DNA of 64,000 nt from Opitutales bacterium (GCA_965226885.1 CBDDEL010000017.1:640001-704000), one strand, 5' to 3'; shown: positions 31,143-42,497, counted from the stretch's first letter. Numbers and translations: made by a program. Notes: generated by a model not told the origin, from the letters alone.

Positions 31143-33683
31143 ATGAATACTTTAAACCAAAAACCAAAAATGCCCCGTTACTTTATATTTTTCCGATTCT
31201 TTTTCCAAATTTTCATTCTTTGCGCGATGCTGCTGACCGTTACCAGGACTGAGGCGCAAGTCCCGCACAAACCCAACGCAGCGGAAATTCAGCTCGCTCT
31301 CAAGAAGTTGAATGTGCTCTCCGGGGCTCTCTATATCGGAGCCCATCCAGATGATGAAAATACCGGATTGATAGCTTACCTCTCCCATGGGGCTCTCTCC
31401 CATACGGCTTATCTCTCATTGACGAGGGGAGACGGGGGCCAGAACCGGATCGGCCCGGAAATCAGGGAGCTTCTGGGCATCACCCGGACCCAGGAACTAC
31501 TGGCAGCCAGAAGGATTGATGGGGGGCGGCAGTTCTTCAGCCGGGCCAACGATTTCGGTTACTCCAAGCACCCCGATGAGACGTTCAACATCTGGGACAA
31601 AGAAGCCGTCCTGGCCGATGCCGTGTGGGTGATCCGTAAATTTCGGCCCGATATCCTCATCACCCGGTTCCCCGTTTGGCCCGGCAAGACGCATGGGCAG
31701 CACACCGCCTCCAGCATCATTGCGGAGGAGGCTTTTGCGGCGGCAGGCGATGCGGAGCGTTTTCCAGAGCAATTGGAATATGTGCAACCTTGGCAGCCAA
31801 AGCGCTTGCTCTGGAACACATCGCGTTTCTTTTACCGCAACGGCAGTGAATTCGAGGAGGCCGGATTGGTCACGGTGGATATCGGTGCCTACAACTCGCT
31901 TTTGGGCAAATCGTATTCCGAAATTGCCGCGGAAAGCCGCAGCATGCACAAGAGCCAGGGCTTCGGCTCCTCCTCGCGAAGGGGAGAACTGATCTCTTAC
32001 CTGAAACATACCCTGGGCGATAAAGCGGAAAAATCGCTTTTTGATGGAATTGACACCAGTTGGGGCCGGCTTCCAGGGGGAACCGCCGTTGGAGCCCTTC
32101 TGGAAAGCGCTTACGGAGAGTTCGAGCCGGAAAACCCCGCCGCAATCGTTCCACTGCTCTTAAAGGCTCGTAGTTCTATCCTCGCTTTGGGTAAGAGCTA
32201 TTGGCAAAAGGTCAAGCTGGAAGCGCTGGACAAAGTGTTGGCTGCTTGCCTGGGTCTCTACCTGGAGGTAAAGGCGAGCGACTACTCGTCAGTTCCCGGA
32301 GGTTCCCTTGAGTTAACGTTTGAGGCCGTCAACCGTTCCGGAACTACCGTGACCTTGAACAGCCTGCAACTTTCATTTTCCGGGGAATCCGTCGAAATCG
32401 ATCAATGGCTGGAAAACAACATCGGTTACAGCCATACGCTGGAAACAAACCTTCCGGTGGAAATGTCTTTGTCCCAACCTTACTGGCTGGCGGAAGAGGG
32501 CACATTGGGCATGTTTGAGGTGAAAAACCAGGAAAGGATTGGCTTGCCTGAGAATCCGCCGGCAGCATCGGCCACATTTTCCCTCGATATCGCCGGGCAG
32601 ACGGTGGAATTCATCCGTCCAGTGGTTTACCGGTGGAACGATCCGGTGAAAGGCGAGCAATACCGGCCCTTCGAGGTCGTGCCGGAGGTTTCCGTTAATT
32701 TTTCGGAAAAGATTCTGCTTTTTGCCAATGGCCAACCAAGGCGCATCGAAGCGAATGTCCTGGCAGGGAAAGCGGGCATGGAGGGCGACGTGCGCCTGAG
32801 AATGCCGGAGGGTTGGCGGAGCGAACCAGAGGCTGCCTCCTTCCGTTTGACCGAGAAAGGGGAGCGGGTGACGGTTGCTTTCGATATCTATCCGCCCACC
32901 GCGCCCACCGGTCAGTCTGTCGGCCAAATGAAAGCGGTCGCTCGCGCAGGAGAGCTGGAATTTACACGAGGGCTGGTGCGGATCGAATACGATCATATTC
33001 CGGTGCAAACGCTATTCCCGGAGGCTTCCGCCCGCTTGGTTCGTTTGCATATCGAAAAAAGGGGCAACCTGATCGGTTATATTCAAGGCGCGGGAGACGA
33101 AATTCCGGGGGCCCTTCGGCAAATTGGCTACCAGGTTGAAGAATTGATGGAAGATGAGATGGACCTGCAAAACCTGAAGCGGTTCGATGCGGTCATAATG
33201 GGTGTGCGGGCTTACAACACCCTCGATAATATCCGTTTCCACCAACCGAATCTTTTTAAGTATGTGGAAGAGGGCGGTGTGATGATCGTCCAGTACAATA
33301 CCAACCACCGATTGAAGGTGGATGAGGTTGCCCCTTACCCCTTAAAACTTTCCCGCGACCGGGTGACGGTGGAAGAGGCCGAGGTGAGAATCCTCAAACC
33401 GGACCATCCTATTCTCAATGTTCCCAACAAAATTACGGCTGAGGATTTCGAGGGTTGGGTGCAGGAGCGCGGGCTCTATTTCCCCAGCGAATGGGATGAC
33501 CGGTTCGAGGCCCTGCTTTCCAGCAACGATCCGGCCGAGCCGCCCAGGGACGGAGGTTTGCTGGTGGCGGCTTATGGCAATGGTATTTACATTTACACCG
33601 GATATTCATGGTTTCGGGAACTGCCGGCCGGAGTGCCCGGGGCTTTCCGCATTTTCGCCAACCTGATTTCGGCCGGGAAATGA
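31143..33683 (+). CDS. PIG-L/LmbE-family deacetylase with C-terminal Ig-like and glutamine-amidotransferase-like domains
   Basis: AHPDDE, TRGDGGQN, RTQELLAAR, HGQH, SRSMHKSQGFG, WVQERGLYF and FRELPAGVPGA motifs. Confidence 0.9.
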   Translation: MNTLNQKPKMPRYFIFFRFFFQIFILCAMLLTVTRTEAQVPHKPNAAEIQLALKKLNVLSGALYIGAHPDDENTGLIAYLSHGALSHTAYLSLTRGDGGQNRIGPEIRELLGITRTQELLAARRIDGGRQFFSRANDFGYSKHPDETFNIWDKEAVLADAVWVIRKFRPDILITRFPVWPGKTHGQHTASSIIAEEAFAAAGDAERFPEQLEYVQPWQPKRLLWNTSRFFYRNGSEFEEAGLVTVDIGAYNSLLGKSYSEIAAESRSMHKSQGFGSSSRRGELISYLKHTLGDKAEKSLFDGIDTSWGRLPGGTAVGALLESAYGEFEPENPAAIVPLLLKARSSILALGKSYWQKVKLEALDKVLAACLGLYLEVKASDYSSVPGGSLELTFEAVNRSGTTVTLNSLQLSFSGESVEIDQWLENNIGYSHTLETNLPVEMSLSQPYWLAEEGTLGMFEVKNQERIGLPENPPAASATFSLDIAGQTVEFIRPVVYRWNDPVKGEQYRPFEVVPEVSVNFSEKILLFANGQPRRIEANVLAGKAGMEGDVRLRMPEGWRSEPEAASFRLTEKGERVTVAFDIYPPTAPTGQSVGQMKAVARAGELEFTRGLVRIEYDHIPVQTLFPEASARLVRLHIEKRGNLIGYIQGAGDEIPGALRQIGYQVEELMEDEMDLQNLKRFDAVIMGVRAYNTLDNIRFHQPNLFKYVEEGGVMIVQYNTNHRLKVDEVAPYPLKLSRDRVTVEEAEVRILKPDHPILNVPNKITAEDFEGWVQERGLYFPSEWDDRFEALLSSNDPAEPPRDGGLLVAAYGNGIYIYTGYSWFRELPAGVPGAFRIFANLISAGK

Positions 33684-33779
33684 TTTCTGGATGCTGGATC
33701 ATGCTTCAAGTGTCCCAAAATTGTGCAGGTGGGAAATAATCTGAGAGTTCAAACACTCTGAATCACCGGGAACAGCATT

Positions 33780-33929
33780 ATGTGGCGAGAATCATCCGAT
33801 AATGACAATGGCGATCCCAATGGGAAACCGCCCTTCCTTCCGAGTTGGGCGGCCGTTTACGGTGTTGTTCTGGGTATTCTGGCGACTCTCATAGCCCTGT
33901 TTCATTTGTTTACCGTAATTTATCGATGA
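33780..33929 (+). CDS. 49-aa single-TM protein coupled to the symporter
   Basis: Hand translation MWRESSDNDNGDPNGKPPFLPSWAAVYGVVLGILATLIALFHLFTVIYR*; ATGA overlap with the next gene. Confidence 0.75.
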   Translation: MWRESSDNDNGDPNGKPPFLPSWAAVYGVVLGILATLIALFHLFTVIYR

Positions 33930-35620
33930 GCAGCCTGGATTTCATCGTCCTGGTCGGCACACTTTTTTTTATCGCCGCCTACGGGGTCTGGAAAACACGC
34001 GGAAGCAAGAGCCTGAAAGGCTACCTGAAGGGCGGCAACAGTATGAAATGGGGCGCCATCGGCCTTTCCGTGATGGCTACCCAGGCCAGCGCCATCACCT
34101 TTCTCTCAACGCCAGGGCTGGCTTATGAGAGCGGCATGGCTTTCGTTCAAAATTACTTCGGACTGCCCCTGGCCCTGATTATCATTTCAGTCGTTTTCAT
34201 TCCCATCTATTACCGCCTAAAGGTTTATACCGCCTACGAATTCCTGGAATCGCGTTTCGACCTGAAGACAAGGCAACTGGGGGCTTTTTTGTTTCTCGTC
34301 CAGCGCGGATTGGCTGCTGGCATAACCGTTTACGCTCCGGCCATTATTGTTTCCACCATCCTGGGCTGGGACCTCAACCTCACCATCCTGATGGTGGGGA
34401 TTGTGGTTATCATTTATACCGTTACGGGGGGATCGAGGGCGGTCAGCCTGACCCAGAAATACCAGATGGGAGTCATCATGGTGGGAATGATGGTGGCTTT
34501 TTTCATGGTAATATTAAAATTTCCTGAAGGCATCAGTTTCGGCGAGGCGGTGGCGGTGGCGGGAAAAATGGGTAAGCTGGAGGTGGTCGATTTTTCTTTC
34601 GATATCAACAAGCGTTACACCTTCTGGTCGGGGATGTTTGGCGGTTTTATTCTGGCCCTTTCCTATTTCGGCACGGATCAATCGCAGGTGCAGCGCTACT
34701 TGACCGGCAAAAATATTACGGAAAGCCGCATGGGGCTGATGTTCAATGCCGTTTTGAAAGTCCCCATGCAGTTTTTCATCCTCTTTGTCGGGGTGATGGT
34801 TTTTATTTTTTATCAATTCGAGAAACCACCAGTGTTTTTCAAGCAAACGGCCATGGAGTCCGCTTATGAGTCGTCCATCGGGAATGAGTTGAGGGTCTTG
34901 GACGACTCCTATACGGAAGTCTTCGCCGAAAAAAAGGAGAGCATAAACACCTTGATTGAGGCCATGAAAACGGGCCGGGAAGCAGATATAGAGATGGCCA
35001 GCAGCGAGCTTATGGTCATCGATGGCAAAGCCGGACAAATTCGTAATGAGGTGAAAGCGCTCCTGGTCAAGACCGATCCAACCCTGGAGACCAAGGATTC
35101 CGATTACGTTTTCCTCACCTTTATCCTCAACTACTTGCCCCACGGAGTCATCGGCCTGCTCCTGGCGGTCATTTTTTGCGCCGCCATGTCCTCGACCGCT
35201 TCTGAACTTAACGCCCTGGCCTCGACCTCAACGGTCGATTTTTACAAGAGGATTATCCATAAAAACGGCAGCGAGCGCCATTATGTGCTGGTTTCCAAAA
35301 TATTGACCGCATTCTGGGGCGGTGTGGCCATATTTTTCGCCATGACCGCCTATCTGGTGGAAAACCTCATCGAGGCCGTCAACATCCTGGGATCCATCTT
35401 TTACGGGACCATCCTGGGCATTTTCCTGGTCGCTTTTTTTGTGCGATTCATCAAAGGCAACGCCGTCTTTTTCGCCGCCCTCATATCTGAATCCCTGGTC
35501 CTGTTCCTCTTTTACAACACCGACATCGGCTACCTCTGGTACAACCTCATCGGCCTGGCCGGAGTCATCATCTTCGGCCTCTTCCTGCAGGTCGCGCTCC
35601 CCCGGCGCTGGAAGGGTTAA
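33926..35620 (+). CDS. Sodium:solute symporter family transporter
   Basis: ATQASAITFLSTPG, GTDQSQVQRY and AAMSS motifs; start reassigned to MSSLDF. Confidence 0.92.
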   Translation: MSSLDFIVLVGTLFFIAAYGVWKTRGSKSLKGYLKGGNSMKWGAIGLSVMATQASAITFLSTPGLAYESGMAFVQNYFGLPLALIIISVVFIPIYYRLKVYTAYEFLESRFDLKTRQLGAFLFLVQRGLAAGITVYAPAIIVSTILGWDLNLTILMVGIVVIIYTVTGGSRAVSLTQKYQMGVIMVGMMVAFFMVILKFPEGISFGEAVAVAGKMGKLEVVDFSFDINKRYTFWSGMFGGFILALSYFGTDQSQVQRYLTGKNITESRMGLMFNAVLKVPMQFFILFVGVMVFIFYQFEKPPVFFKQTAMESAYESSIGNELRVLDDSYTEVFAEKKESINTLIEAMKTGREADIEMASSELMVIDGKAGQIRNEVKALLVKTDPTLETKDSDYVFLTFILNYLPHGVIGLLLAVIFCAAMSSTASELNALASTSTVDFYKRIIHKNGSERHYVLVSKILTAFWGGVAIFFAMTAYLVENLIEAVNILGSIFYGTILGIFLVAFFVRFIKGNAVFFAALISESLVLFLFYNTDIGYLWYNLIGLAGVIIFGLFLQVALPRRWKG

Positions 35621-35687
35621 TATGCAATTGGTTGAAGTTGTTACATTAAACTTTAATTCTGGTCCGATTTAAGATAGACGAACATTC

Positions 35688-37265
35688 ATGCCAATAAAAT
35701 TAGACGCGCTCGATTTATCGAAGGAATATCCTCGCAGCCCACGGGAACTGCTGGGTGGCTACGTCATCGCCGGACGCACCCTGGACAAATGCCGCGCCGT
35801 TATTGCCGGGACCAACGATGATTATCATTTCGATTGTCCGCTGGATAACTTTTTTTTGTCTTTCGCCGAGATCAAAGTCGAAGATTTCAAGGCTTATGTC
35901 GCCACCGGGGCGACGGATGAAGAGGTCGCCGACTGGATTAAGGAACATGCCAAGGAGCGTCAGCAGCAGGAAATCATCCAATGGAACAATACCATGCGGG
36001 ATAAACGTCTCAGCGAGATGCCGATCGAACTGCAGGAATTTCTCGAGACCTATATTCCTGAATTCATTCCCAAGGGTAAGGTTATCCGTGTCTGGTTCGA
36101 TGTCTAATACCAAATCGCAAAAGGATTGATAAAGATTAAAAAACAGCTATAAAGGCGGAATGAGAAGATATATGGGAACCGATGAAGACCGTGAACGTAT
36201 CAAGAAATTGCTCAACAAAGAGGCTGTCGGCTGGCGTAAAGAGCGTTTGGTGGCATTAAAAATGGGCTTCCAGCCGCACCACAGCATTGATGAAATTGGA
36301 GCCATCGTGGGCCGAGGCAAAGCGACGATCCAGCGTTGGTTTGACAAATATCGTGCTGCAGGGCTCGGGGCGGTGCTTACACGCGCCTACAAAGGCGGGA
36401 TCAAAAGCCGTTGCGACAAAGAGGTGGAGGCCTTCTTGCTCAATGGTTTGAAGGTCGCGCGCTGGAACACAGCCGTTCAGGCGGGGCAAGAGCTGGAGCG
36501 ACATTTCGGGCGCTCCTTCGCCTACAAGACGGTGTGGCGATGGCTAAAAAAATGCGCCGGGGTGCTTCGAGTCCCTCGGCCCGTGCATGAGAAACGGGAC
36601 TCGACAAAAGCGGAAGCGTTCAAGCGAGACTTTTTTAAGATCCTCCAGGAGCTTTCCCTCACCCGAGGCAATCGGGTTCGGGTGTGGTTTGCCGATGAAA
36701 GCCGTTTTGGTTTGCTTCCGGTGTACCGCCGGTGCTGGACGCAAAGAGGGCTTCGGCCGCACAAAAAATATCAGACAAGATACCAGTGGAGCTACTGTTA
36801 CGGAGCCCTCGACGTGGTCAACGGCGAGATGGTATGCATCCAAACCCCTAGCACGAATCTACAGTGGACGGAGGCTTTCCTCCAACAGATCAAAAAGCAA
36901 TATCCTGAGGAGGAACATGTGGTTGTATGGGACGGGGCAGGCTTCCATCCGCACGACTCGGAGCACCCCAACGTCCCCCCGGGCATACATATCGTGAATT
37001 TGCCGCCGTATAGTCCTGAACTCAACCCGATTGAAAGACTTTGGGATATGATACAGGATCAAACGGCCAACAAACTGTGGCCGAGCATTGAGCGACTCGA
37101 AGAAGTCGTCGCAACCCATCTCAAAGACTGGTGGGAGGACACTGAAAAAGTCCTCTCTTTAGTTGGCGGAGGCTGGCAGCACATTCAAGCAAACGCTTCT
37201 GCCAAATAACTTATTATCATACCTAATGAGATTTGGTATAAGACATCGAAGAGGGGCGGCTCTGA
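35688..37265 (+). pseudogene. DUF5069-family protein with last codons separated by IS630
   Basis: YPRSPRELLGGY..RTLDKCRA..YHFDCPLD; the tail DIEEGRL* lies at 37242-37265 beyond the IS. Confidence 0.8.
36108..37238 (+). mobile_element. IS630-family element (transposase 36160-37209)
   Basis: IRs taccaaatc/gatttggta with TAA on both flanks; FADESRFG, WDGAGFH and LPPYSPELNPIE motifs. Confidence 0.9.
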
Positions 37266-37692
37266 CCCGCTTCGAACGACGCTAAAAATAAAACCTGAGT
37301 TCGGCAAAAAGGGCTTTTTCCTTTTTTTGCAAGTCGATCCAATGATTTTTCAGTTTTGTGAATTCCCGCGAATGGGCGGTTTCTTTTTGGAATACCATTT
37401 CCTCAGTTTTCGGATCGAGATTCCATAGACCCCAATCTTCCTCCAGAATGGAAAGCATGGCCAACTGGACATTAAAGTTTTGACGTTTGGCCAGCATGAT
37501 TTTTCGCCAATGGATCCTCAGTTCGCCCAGAAAGGAGAGCCCGCCATAAACCAGTTCACGCTCGATTTTCCAACCTTCCACTTCTTTTTCATCCATTTCC
37601 CCGGCATAGAGCCAATTGTGTAAACGCCGGGGAAAAACCGGTACGGTAAAGAGGGCGCTTTAAAACCGGTACGCTTATCCTAGAAAGGAGGA

Positions 37693-39198
37693 GTGTATCG
37701 AGATATGAAGCAATGGACAAGAGTGCGGCACAAAGTGCTGCGGGACAAGCAGAGCAAGCGCTCTGTAATGCGAGAAGAGGGACTGCACTGGGAGACCCTG
37801 GGAAAGATGCTGGCCTATTCCCAGCCGCCGGGATACCGGCGCAAGAAGAGGCGAGAGCGCAAGATCGATCCGTATGTGGGCTGGATCGAGGAGGTGCTCA
37901 AAGCGGACCGGAACGTGCCCAAGAAGCAGCGCCATACGGCCAAACGGATCTACCAGCGTTTGGGTCGGGAGAAGGGCTACCAAGGGGGCTACACGGCGGT
38001 CAAGGAGGTGGTGGCCGAGCTGCGAGCGAGGCGGCGGGAAGTGTTCGTGCCGCTGGAGCACCGCCCCGGGGAGGGACAGGTGGACTTCGGTCATGCCCTG
38101 GTGAAGGAGGCGGGGCAATTGCGTAGGCGGCCATTTTTTGCCATGAGCCTGCCCTACAGCGATGCCTTTTTCGTGCAGGTGTTCGAACGGGAGTGCACGG
38201 AGAGCTTCTGGGAGGGGCACCTGCGAGCTTTTGAGTTTTTCGGGGCGGTGCCCCGGCGCATCAGCTATGACAACTCGAAGGTGGCGGTGGGTAAGATTAT
38301 CGGTTCGCGTGAACGCAAGCTGACCGACGGGTTTCTGCAGCTACAGAGCCATTACCTGTTCGAGGAACACTTCTGTCTGCCCGCCCGGCCCAACGAGAAG
38401 GGCGTGGTCGAGGGGATCGTGCGTTATGCCCGGGCCAACTTCCTGGTACCGGTACCGCAGGTTCGGGACCTGGAGGAACTCAACGCAAAGCTGTTGGAGG
38501 CATGTGAGCGGGACATGGAGCGTAAATTACGCGGGAAAAGGGCGGTGAAAAAGGAACTGCTGGCCGAGGAGCGCGCCGTCATGCTGGCGTTGCCGCCCAT
38601 ACCCTTTGAAGCGAGCCGCAAACGCTCGACCTGCGTCAGCAGCCTCTCGCTGGTGCGCTTCGAGTGCAACGACTATTCGGTGCCGGTGCGCTGCGCCCAC
38701 CATCCGGTGGTGGTGGAAGGGTCCTGTCGGCAGGTGGTGATCTTCTGTGGGGGCCAAGAGGTGGCCCGGCACCGCCGCATTTGGGATAAAGAGCAAGTCT
38801 CTTTCGAGCCGGTGCACTACCTGGCTTTGCTGGAGAAAAAACCGGGCGCTTTGGACTTCGCCCGCCCACTCTCGGGCTGGCAGTTGCCGCAGTGCCTGCA
38901 GGTCCTCAGACGCCGGCTCGAAAGCCAATGCGGGGGCGAAGGCACCCGGGAGTATATCCGGGTGCTGCGGCTGTTGGAGAAACACCCCATGGCGGCCTTG
39001 CAGCAGGCCGTCGTCTCGGCCCTGCGGGTGGGGGGACTGACTCGTGAGGCCATCGCCCAGTATCTCTATCCTCAGGAAGACTACGGGAGCAGAACCTTCC
39101 GGCTGGACGGCCATCCACACCTGCGTCACGTCCGTGTGGCCGCCCCTGACCTCGGTGCCTACAGCGAACTGCTCAAGATTCCAGGAGGGGCTTTATGA
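37693..39198 (+). CDS. istA: IS21 transposase
   Basis: QVDFG, YDNSK, NEKGVVE and NDYSVP motifs. Confidence 0.93.
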   Translation: MYRDMKQWTRVRHKVLRDKQSKRSVMREEGLHWETLGKMLAYSQPPGYRRKKRRERKIDPYVGWIEEVLKADRNVPKKQRHTAKRIYQRLGREKGYQGGYTAVKEVVAELRARRREVFVPLEHRPGEGQVDFGHALVKEAGQLRRRPFFAMSLPYSDAFFVQVFERECTESFWEGHLRAFEFFGAVPRRISYDNSKVAVGKIIGSRERKLTDGFLQLQSHYLFEEHFCLPARPNEKGVVEGIVRYARANFLVPVPQVRDLEELNAKLLEACERDMERKLRGKRAVKKELLAEERAVMLALPPIPFEASRKRSTCVSSLSLVRFECNDYSVPVRCAHHPVVVEGSCRQVVIFCGGQEVARHRRIWDKEQVSFEPVHYLALLEKKPGALDFARPLSGWQLPQCLQVLRRRLESQCGGEGTREYIRVLRLLEKHPMAALQQAVVSALRVGGLTREAIAQYLYPQEDYGSRTFRLDGHPHLRHVRVAAPDLGAYSELLKIPGGAL

Positions 39199-39962
39199 AG
39201 GAAGAAAAAAACCAGCTGCTGTTACACCATCACCTCAAGAAACTGAAGTTGCCCACCATCCTGCGCGAATGGCCGGCGGTGGCCGCGGCTTGTTCCCGGG
39301 ACCGGCTCGATTACGCCGCCTTTTTGTTGCATCTGGTCGAACGGGAGCTCATTGAACGCGAACAGCGGGCCGCCCAGCGGCGGATCAAAAACGCCCGTTT
39401 CCCCGTGCTCAAGACCCTCGAGAGCTTCGCCTTTGAAGCGCAGCCCTCGATCAACGAAGCGCTCATCCGAGAGCTCATGCGCGGGGAGTATGTCGACCAG
39501 CGCGAAAACGTGCTGCTCCTCGGTAACGCCGGTACCGGTAAAACGCACCTGGCCACCGCCCTGGGCTTTGCCGCCTGTGCCCAGGGCCGGCGGATCCGTT
39601 TCTTCGGGGTCACCGCCCTGGTTACCCATATGCTCGAGCAACGCGACAACCACGACCTGCAGCGCTTCATGAAGCAACTCGAAAGGCTCGACCTACTCAT
39701 CCTCGACGAACTCGGTTACGTCCCTTTTTCCAAGACCGGTTCCGAACTGCTCTTCGACGTGGTCAGCCGCGCTTACGAGCGCACCAGTCTCATCGTCACC
39801 ACCAACCTGCCCTTTGAGAACTGGATCGAAGTGCTCGGTTCCGAACGGCTCACCGGAGCTCTGCTGGACCGACTCACCCATCGGGTGCATATCCTCGAAG
39901 CCAACGGGCAAAGCTACCGCTTGCGCGATGCTCGACGCCGTCGCCGTGGCACAAAACAATAA
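39195..39962 (+). CDS. istB: IS21 helper ATPase
   Basis: GNAGTGKTHLA, LILDELGY and ALLDRLTH motifs. Confidence 0.95.
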   Translation: MKEEKNQLLLHHHLKKLKLPTILREWPAVAAACSRDRLDYAAFLLHLVERELIEREQRAAQRRIKNARFPVLKTLESFAFEAQPSINEALIRELMRGEYVDQRENVLLLGNAGTGKTHLATALGFAACAQGRRIRFFGVTALVTHMLEQRDNHDLQRFMKQLERLDLLILDELGYVPFSKTGSELLFDVVSRAYERTSLIVTTNLPFENWIEVLGSERLTGALLDRLTHRVHILEANGQSYRLRDARRRRRGTKQ

Positions 39963-40665
39963 ACGCCTTGGGCCCGGCTCGTCGGCCTCCGGCCTCCTCA
40001 CCGACCCCAAGCCAATCCCCAAAACCAACTCCCAAACCCTAAACCTTGACGTACCTGCAATTACTAACCTAAACCTTATTCCAAGCGTACCGGTTTTACC
40101 CCGACCCCCGTACCGGTTTCATCCCGGCGTTTACACAATTGAGGTTCTTTTCAAATTCCTCCAACTCCAGATGGCTTTGCAAAAGATTCCCGAGGGACTT
40201 TCTTTTTTGCGCAAGATCGCCTGAATCCAACGTGTGGCCGAGTTTGGTAAAATCGTTCCCGGCATTGGTTCGCAGTTTTTTTTCGTAATCGACCACCAAG
40301 GGTTTGAGGCCTTCCAGGACCGTTATGCGGGCAGCAATGATGCCATTTTCATCGCCTTTGAGTTCCTTCAATCCGGGTTTCAGCAATTTCAGAATTTCGT
40401 CGAAATAATAATCGTCATGGGGAGAGTGTCCTTCTTCTTCGAGGAAACTCCTGCGCTCGATCAGGTATTGACGAACGGCGTCATTAAAAATTTCCGACCG
40501 ATAGGCAAAGAGGACTTCGTTGTCGCCTGATTTGCTTTGAAAATAGAGTAGCAAGAAAATGCAAAAAGCGAGGGCTGCGCTGGCCAGAGCCGGTAATTTT
40601 TTTCCTTCCAATTTCATTATGGGAAAACCATGACAATGCTTTGCCCGAATTGGGGCTTAATGGAC

Positions 40666-41460
40666 TCAGCCAAGGTTAAAAAACTGTCGGGAATTGGCTG
40701 TTGTCCGGCGGGCGAATTCTTCTTTGTCCAGGTTAAATAGATTAGCGCAAAATTCCGCCGTATGGCGAACGAATGCCGGCTCGTTGCGTTTTCCCCGCAT
40801 GGGAACGGGCGCCAGGTAGGGAGCGTCTGTTTCCACCATGAGGGCATCCAGGCCCTGGGCTAGTAGGGCCTCGCGAATATCGCCGGCATTTTTATAAGTA
40901 ACGATTCCTGTGAATGAACCGCGACCGCCTCGTTCATTAAGAAGGCGTATTTCCTCAGGCCCGTCTGCGAAACAGTGAAAGACGATTCGAGACCAGTCGG
41001 CGTCCGCTTCATCAATGACCTTCACACATTCGTGAAAGGAATTTCGAGAATGCACAACCACAGGGCAATTCATGCTGGAAGCCAATTTCAGTTGTTGCTT
41101 AAACACGAGAACCTGGCGCGATTTTACTGCCTCCGCATCTTGCGCGGTCTTGGGCAAATGAAAGTGGTCGAGGCCAATTTCGCCAATCCCCACATGAGCG
41201 GGATCGCCATTCAAAAAAGACGGCAGGCAGGCAAGCTGCTCTTCCCAATCTTCGCCGATATCGGTGGGGTGAAGCCCTATGGTATAGGAGATTATGGAGG
41301 GGTATTGGGCGGCCAATTGGCGGTTGATTTCCCAATCCTTTTCACTGGTGCCAATGGTGACTATCCGTCCGACACCAGCCTCGGCGGCATGTTCGAGAAT
41401 TTCCTCAAGGCATCCTTTGCGGTAAAAATTTGCCAGGTGGCAATGACTATCGATCAGCAT
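40666..41460 (-). CDS. tatD: TatD-family hydrolase
   Basis: IDSHCH, GLHP, GEIGLD, HSR, FHCF and ETDAPYLAP motifs. Confidence 0.93.
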   Translation of the reverse strand: MLIDSHCHLANFYRKGCLEEILEHAAEAGVGRIVTIGTSEKDWEINRQLAAQYPSIISYTIGLHPTDIGEDWEEQLACLPSFLNGDPAHVGIGEIGLDHFHLPKTAQDAEAVKSRQVLVFKQQLKLASSMNCPVVVHSRNSFHECVKVIDEADADWSRIVFHCFADGPEEIRLLNERGGRGSFTGIVTYKNAGDIREALLAQGLDALMVETDAPYLAPVPMRGKRNEPAFVRHTAEFCANLFNLDKEEFARRTTANSRQFFNLG

Positions 41461-41537
41461 GGTAGAAATTTTCACGTATATTTAGTTTGAATCCTGGCTC
41501 GTGGCAAGATTGCCTGTGCTAAATAAAATTTATTGCG

Positions 41538-42476
41538 ATGGAAAATGTGATTATTCTTGGAACCGGCTGTGCGGGATTAACCGCCGCCATTTATACCGCC
41601 CGGGCCAATCTGAACCCGCTGGTGCTGGAGGGTGGCCAACCGGGCGGTCAGTTGACGACTACTTCCGAGGTGGAGAATTTTCCCGGATTCCCAGAGGGTA
41701 TCGACGGTTATAACCTGATGGACAATCTGCGAAAACAGGCGGCCCGGTTCGGTGCCCGCACACAGTTCGATTCGATTGTGAGAGTGGATTTCAGCGGACC
41801 GGTAAAAAAATTTTATTCCTCCAGCAAAACCTATGAAACGAAGGCCGTGATTATTTCCACGGGGGCTTCTCCACGCTTAATCGGAGTTCCCGGTGAACAG
41901 GAAATGTTTGGCGGCAAGGGCGTGACCACATGCGCCACCTGCGATGGGGCTTTTTACCGGGATATGGATGTTGTGGTCGTGGGCGGTGGCGATTCGGCCT
42001 GCGAGGAAGCTCTTTTTTTAACCCGCTTTTGTTCCAAAATCAGCCTTATCCACCGGAGGGACGAATTAAGGGCCTCCAAAATAATGGCGGAACGAACCTT
42101 GCAGCAGGAAAAGATTATTCCTGTCTGGAATACCGTGGTGGAAGAGGTACTGGCCGATGAAGATGGGAAAGCCCGCGGGGTAGCTGTCCGCAATGTGGTG
42201 ACGGGAGAAACCGCCGAGATACCGGCCAAAGGTGTATTTTTGGCCATCGGACACACGCCCAACACACAGCCATTGGACGGCGTTCTGGATTTGGACGGAA
42301 ATGGTTACCTGGTTCCCCAGCCCAACAGCATGGTGCGCACTTCCATTCCCGGAGTCTATGCCGCTGGCGATTGCGTGGACCACGTATACCGTCAGGCCAT
42401 CACCGCCGCGGGAATGGGCTGCCAGGCTGCCATCGAAGCCGAGCGCTGGCTGGCGGAACAAGCCTTCTCCGGCTGA
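41538..42476 (+). CDS. trxB: Thioredoxin-disulfide reductase
   Basis: GGQLTTT..VENFPGF, CATCDG, GGGDSA and YRQAITAAG motifs. Confidence 0.96.
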   Translation: MENVIILGTGCAGLTAAIYTARANLNPLVLEGGQPGGQLTTTSEVENFPGFPEGIDGYNLMDNLRKQAARFGARTQFDSIVRVDFSGPVKKFYSSSKTYETKAVIISTGASPRLIGVPGEQEMFGGKGVTTCATCDGAFYRDMDVVVVGGGDSACEEALFLTRFCSKISLIHRRDELRASKIMAERTLQQEKIIPVWNTVVEEVLADEDGKARGVAVRNVVTGETAEIPAKGVFLAIGHTPNTQPLDGVLDLDGNGYLVPQPNSMVRTSIPGVYAAGDCVDHVYRQAITAAGMGCQAAIEAERWLAEQAFSG

Positions 42477-42497
42477 AAGTGGAAATCAAAAATCCGT

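Larger units (their letters stand above)
37619..40135 (+). mobile_element. IS21-family element (2517 bp)
   Basis: IRs tgtaaacgccggg; internal repeats aaaccggtacg twice at each end; 6-bp TSD caattg at 37613-37618 and 40136-40141. Confidence 0.95.
37282..40617 (-). pseudogene. Membrane-anchored hypothetical protein interrupted by IS21
   Basis: The frame is restored across the IS as FEKNLN-W-LYAGEMDEKEV, joining ORFs 40096-40617 and 37282-37596. Confidence 0.75.

Noticed and set aside
33845..33925. ORF-track N-terminal extension of the symporter (similar extensions for ccsA, IS3 orfB and the 45554 gene)
   Set aside because: Downstream ATG starts with ATGA coupling or signal peptides fit better.
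37675..39700. Many overlapping alternative-frame ORFs in ISs and GC-rich genes
   Set aside because: These are shadow ORFs of well-supported genes. Their recurrence merely reflects repeated IS copies.
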